Of a stretch of 25,392 bases of DNA, positions 24,970 to 25,392 are shown piece by piece. The stretch is taken from the NCBI GenBank assembly GCA_038883795.1, contig JAVZLK010000023.1, positions 1 through 25,392 on the forward strand, read 5' to 3'. The position numbers and the translations under genes were made by a program. The DNA comes from Candidatus Bathyarchaeia archaeon. Its GTDB lineage: Archaea > Thermoproteota > Bathyarchaeia > Bathyarchaeales > Bathycorpusculaceae. The number at the start of each line of letters is the position of its first letter. Position 1 is the first letter of the stretch. Under the pieces are notes generated by a model. That model had not been told where the DNA came from. It worked only from the letters and a program-made list of their open reading frames with translations, and ran no database searches.

Positions 24970-25392
24970 CTATTCATTCCCCAAAATGGTTATTCTCCGC
25001 ATTAAGCGTCTCGCTCTACCATGAATGAAAGCTTGCTGACAAACTTGCACGTTCTCGGCATTCATCAGCTTAGGCAACAAAACCCGAATGTTCTCAACAG
25101 TGCCCACAGGAATTATTGTGCAGTCAATCTGCCCATATCCTTGTGCAAAAAGCCATTGGCTCGCCACAAGCACAATGTGTTTGGCACGTTTCCCAAAAGA
25201 ACCAATGTAAACCCCATAGCTTGTTACTGGTAGGTCTATTTCGGCTCCGGATGCTCCAGCCTCACGCAATTCTTCAACAGTTTCCAGCTTACCCCTTGAA
25301 GCATCCAGCCAAATGACTTCAATTAAGTCGCCTAACTGCAACTCACTTAACTGTTTAAGCACTTTCTTGCTCATCGGCACATAACCACACAT
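24970..25392 (-). CDS. Hypothetical viral protein, possible small beta-barrel fold
   Basis: LGDLIEVIWLDAS...SYGVYI...IPVGTVENI pattern; true start probably 25374-25380. Confidence 0.6.
   Translation of the reverse strand: MCGYVPMSKKVLKQLSELQLGDLIEVIWLDASRGKLETVEELREAGASGAEIDLPVTSYGVYIGSFGKRAKHIVLVASQWLFAQGYGQIDCTIIPVGTVENIRVLLPKLMNAENVQVCQQAFIHGRARRLMRRITILGNE

Larger units (their letters stand above)
270..25392. mobile_element. Integrated archaeal HK97-fold provirus (left part; right end beyond window)
   Basis: tRNA-adjacent tyrosine integrase, RHH switch, portal, prohead protease, major capsid protein and terminase. Left boundary is approximate because no second att copy is visible. Confidence 0.92.

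Noticed and set aside
183-25316. Numerous antisense or nested ORFs in the track (e.g. 183-686, 14350-14820, 17075-17662, 22297-22710)
   Set aside because: Shadow frames of well-supported genes, with no motifs.
1-25392. CRISPR array, cas genes, reverse transcriptase/DGR, transposase
   Set aside because: No regularly spaced repeats or diagnostic motifs seen.

Overview
Archaeal chromosome segment (TFB-like gene, Cren7-like protein, TATA/BRE-like promoters, GGAGG/GGTGA ribosome-binding sites; TACK group such as Bathyarchaeia is my inference). It contains the end of a host aconitase X-like gene and a tRNA-Glu(UUC), followed by the left ~25 kb of an integrated HK97-fold provirus; attR is not in the window. 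Order: SSV1/pTN3-type tyrosine integrase whose frame runs through the tRNA; a cargo block (ASCH/EVE-like domain fused to a TFB core, Cren7-like protein, two DNA methyltransferases flanking an endonuclease with two PD-(D/E)xK motifs); a divergent ribbon-helix-helix (RHH) switch; an early operon with a degenerate HerA/FtsK-like ATPase and a candidate origin; a two-gene nuclease cassette; head genes (portal with C-terminal HTH, DUF2213-like protease, scaffold, decoration, encapsulin-like capsid) interleaved with nuclease-type morons; and a convergent terminase operon. No tail genes, DNA polymerase or MCM were recognised. All calls come from reading motifs by eye; no database searches were run.
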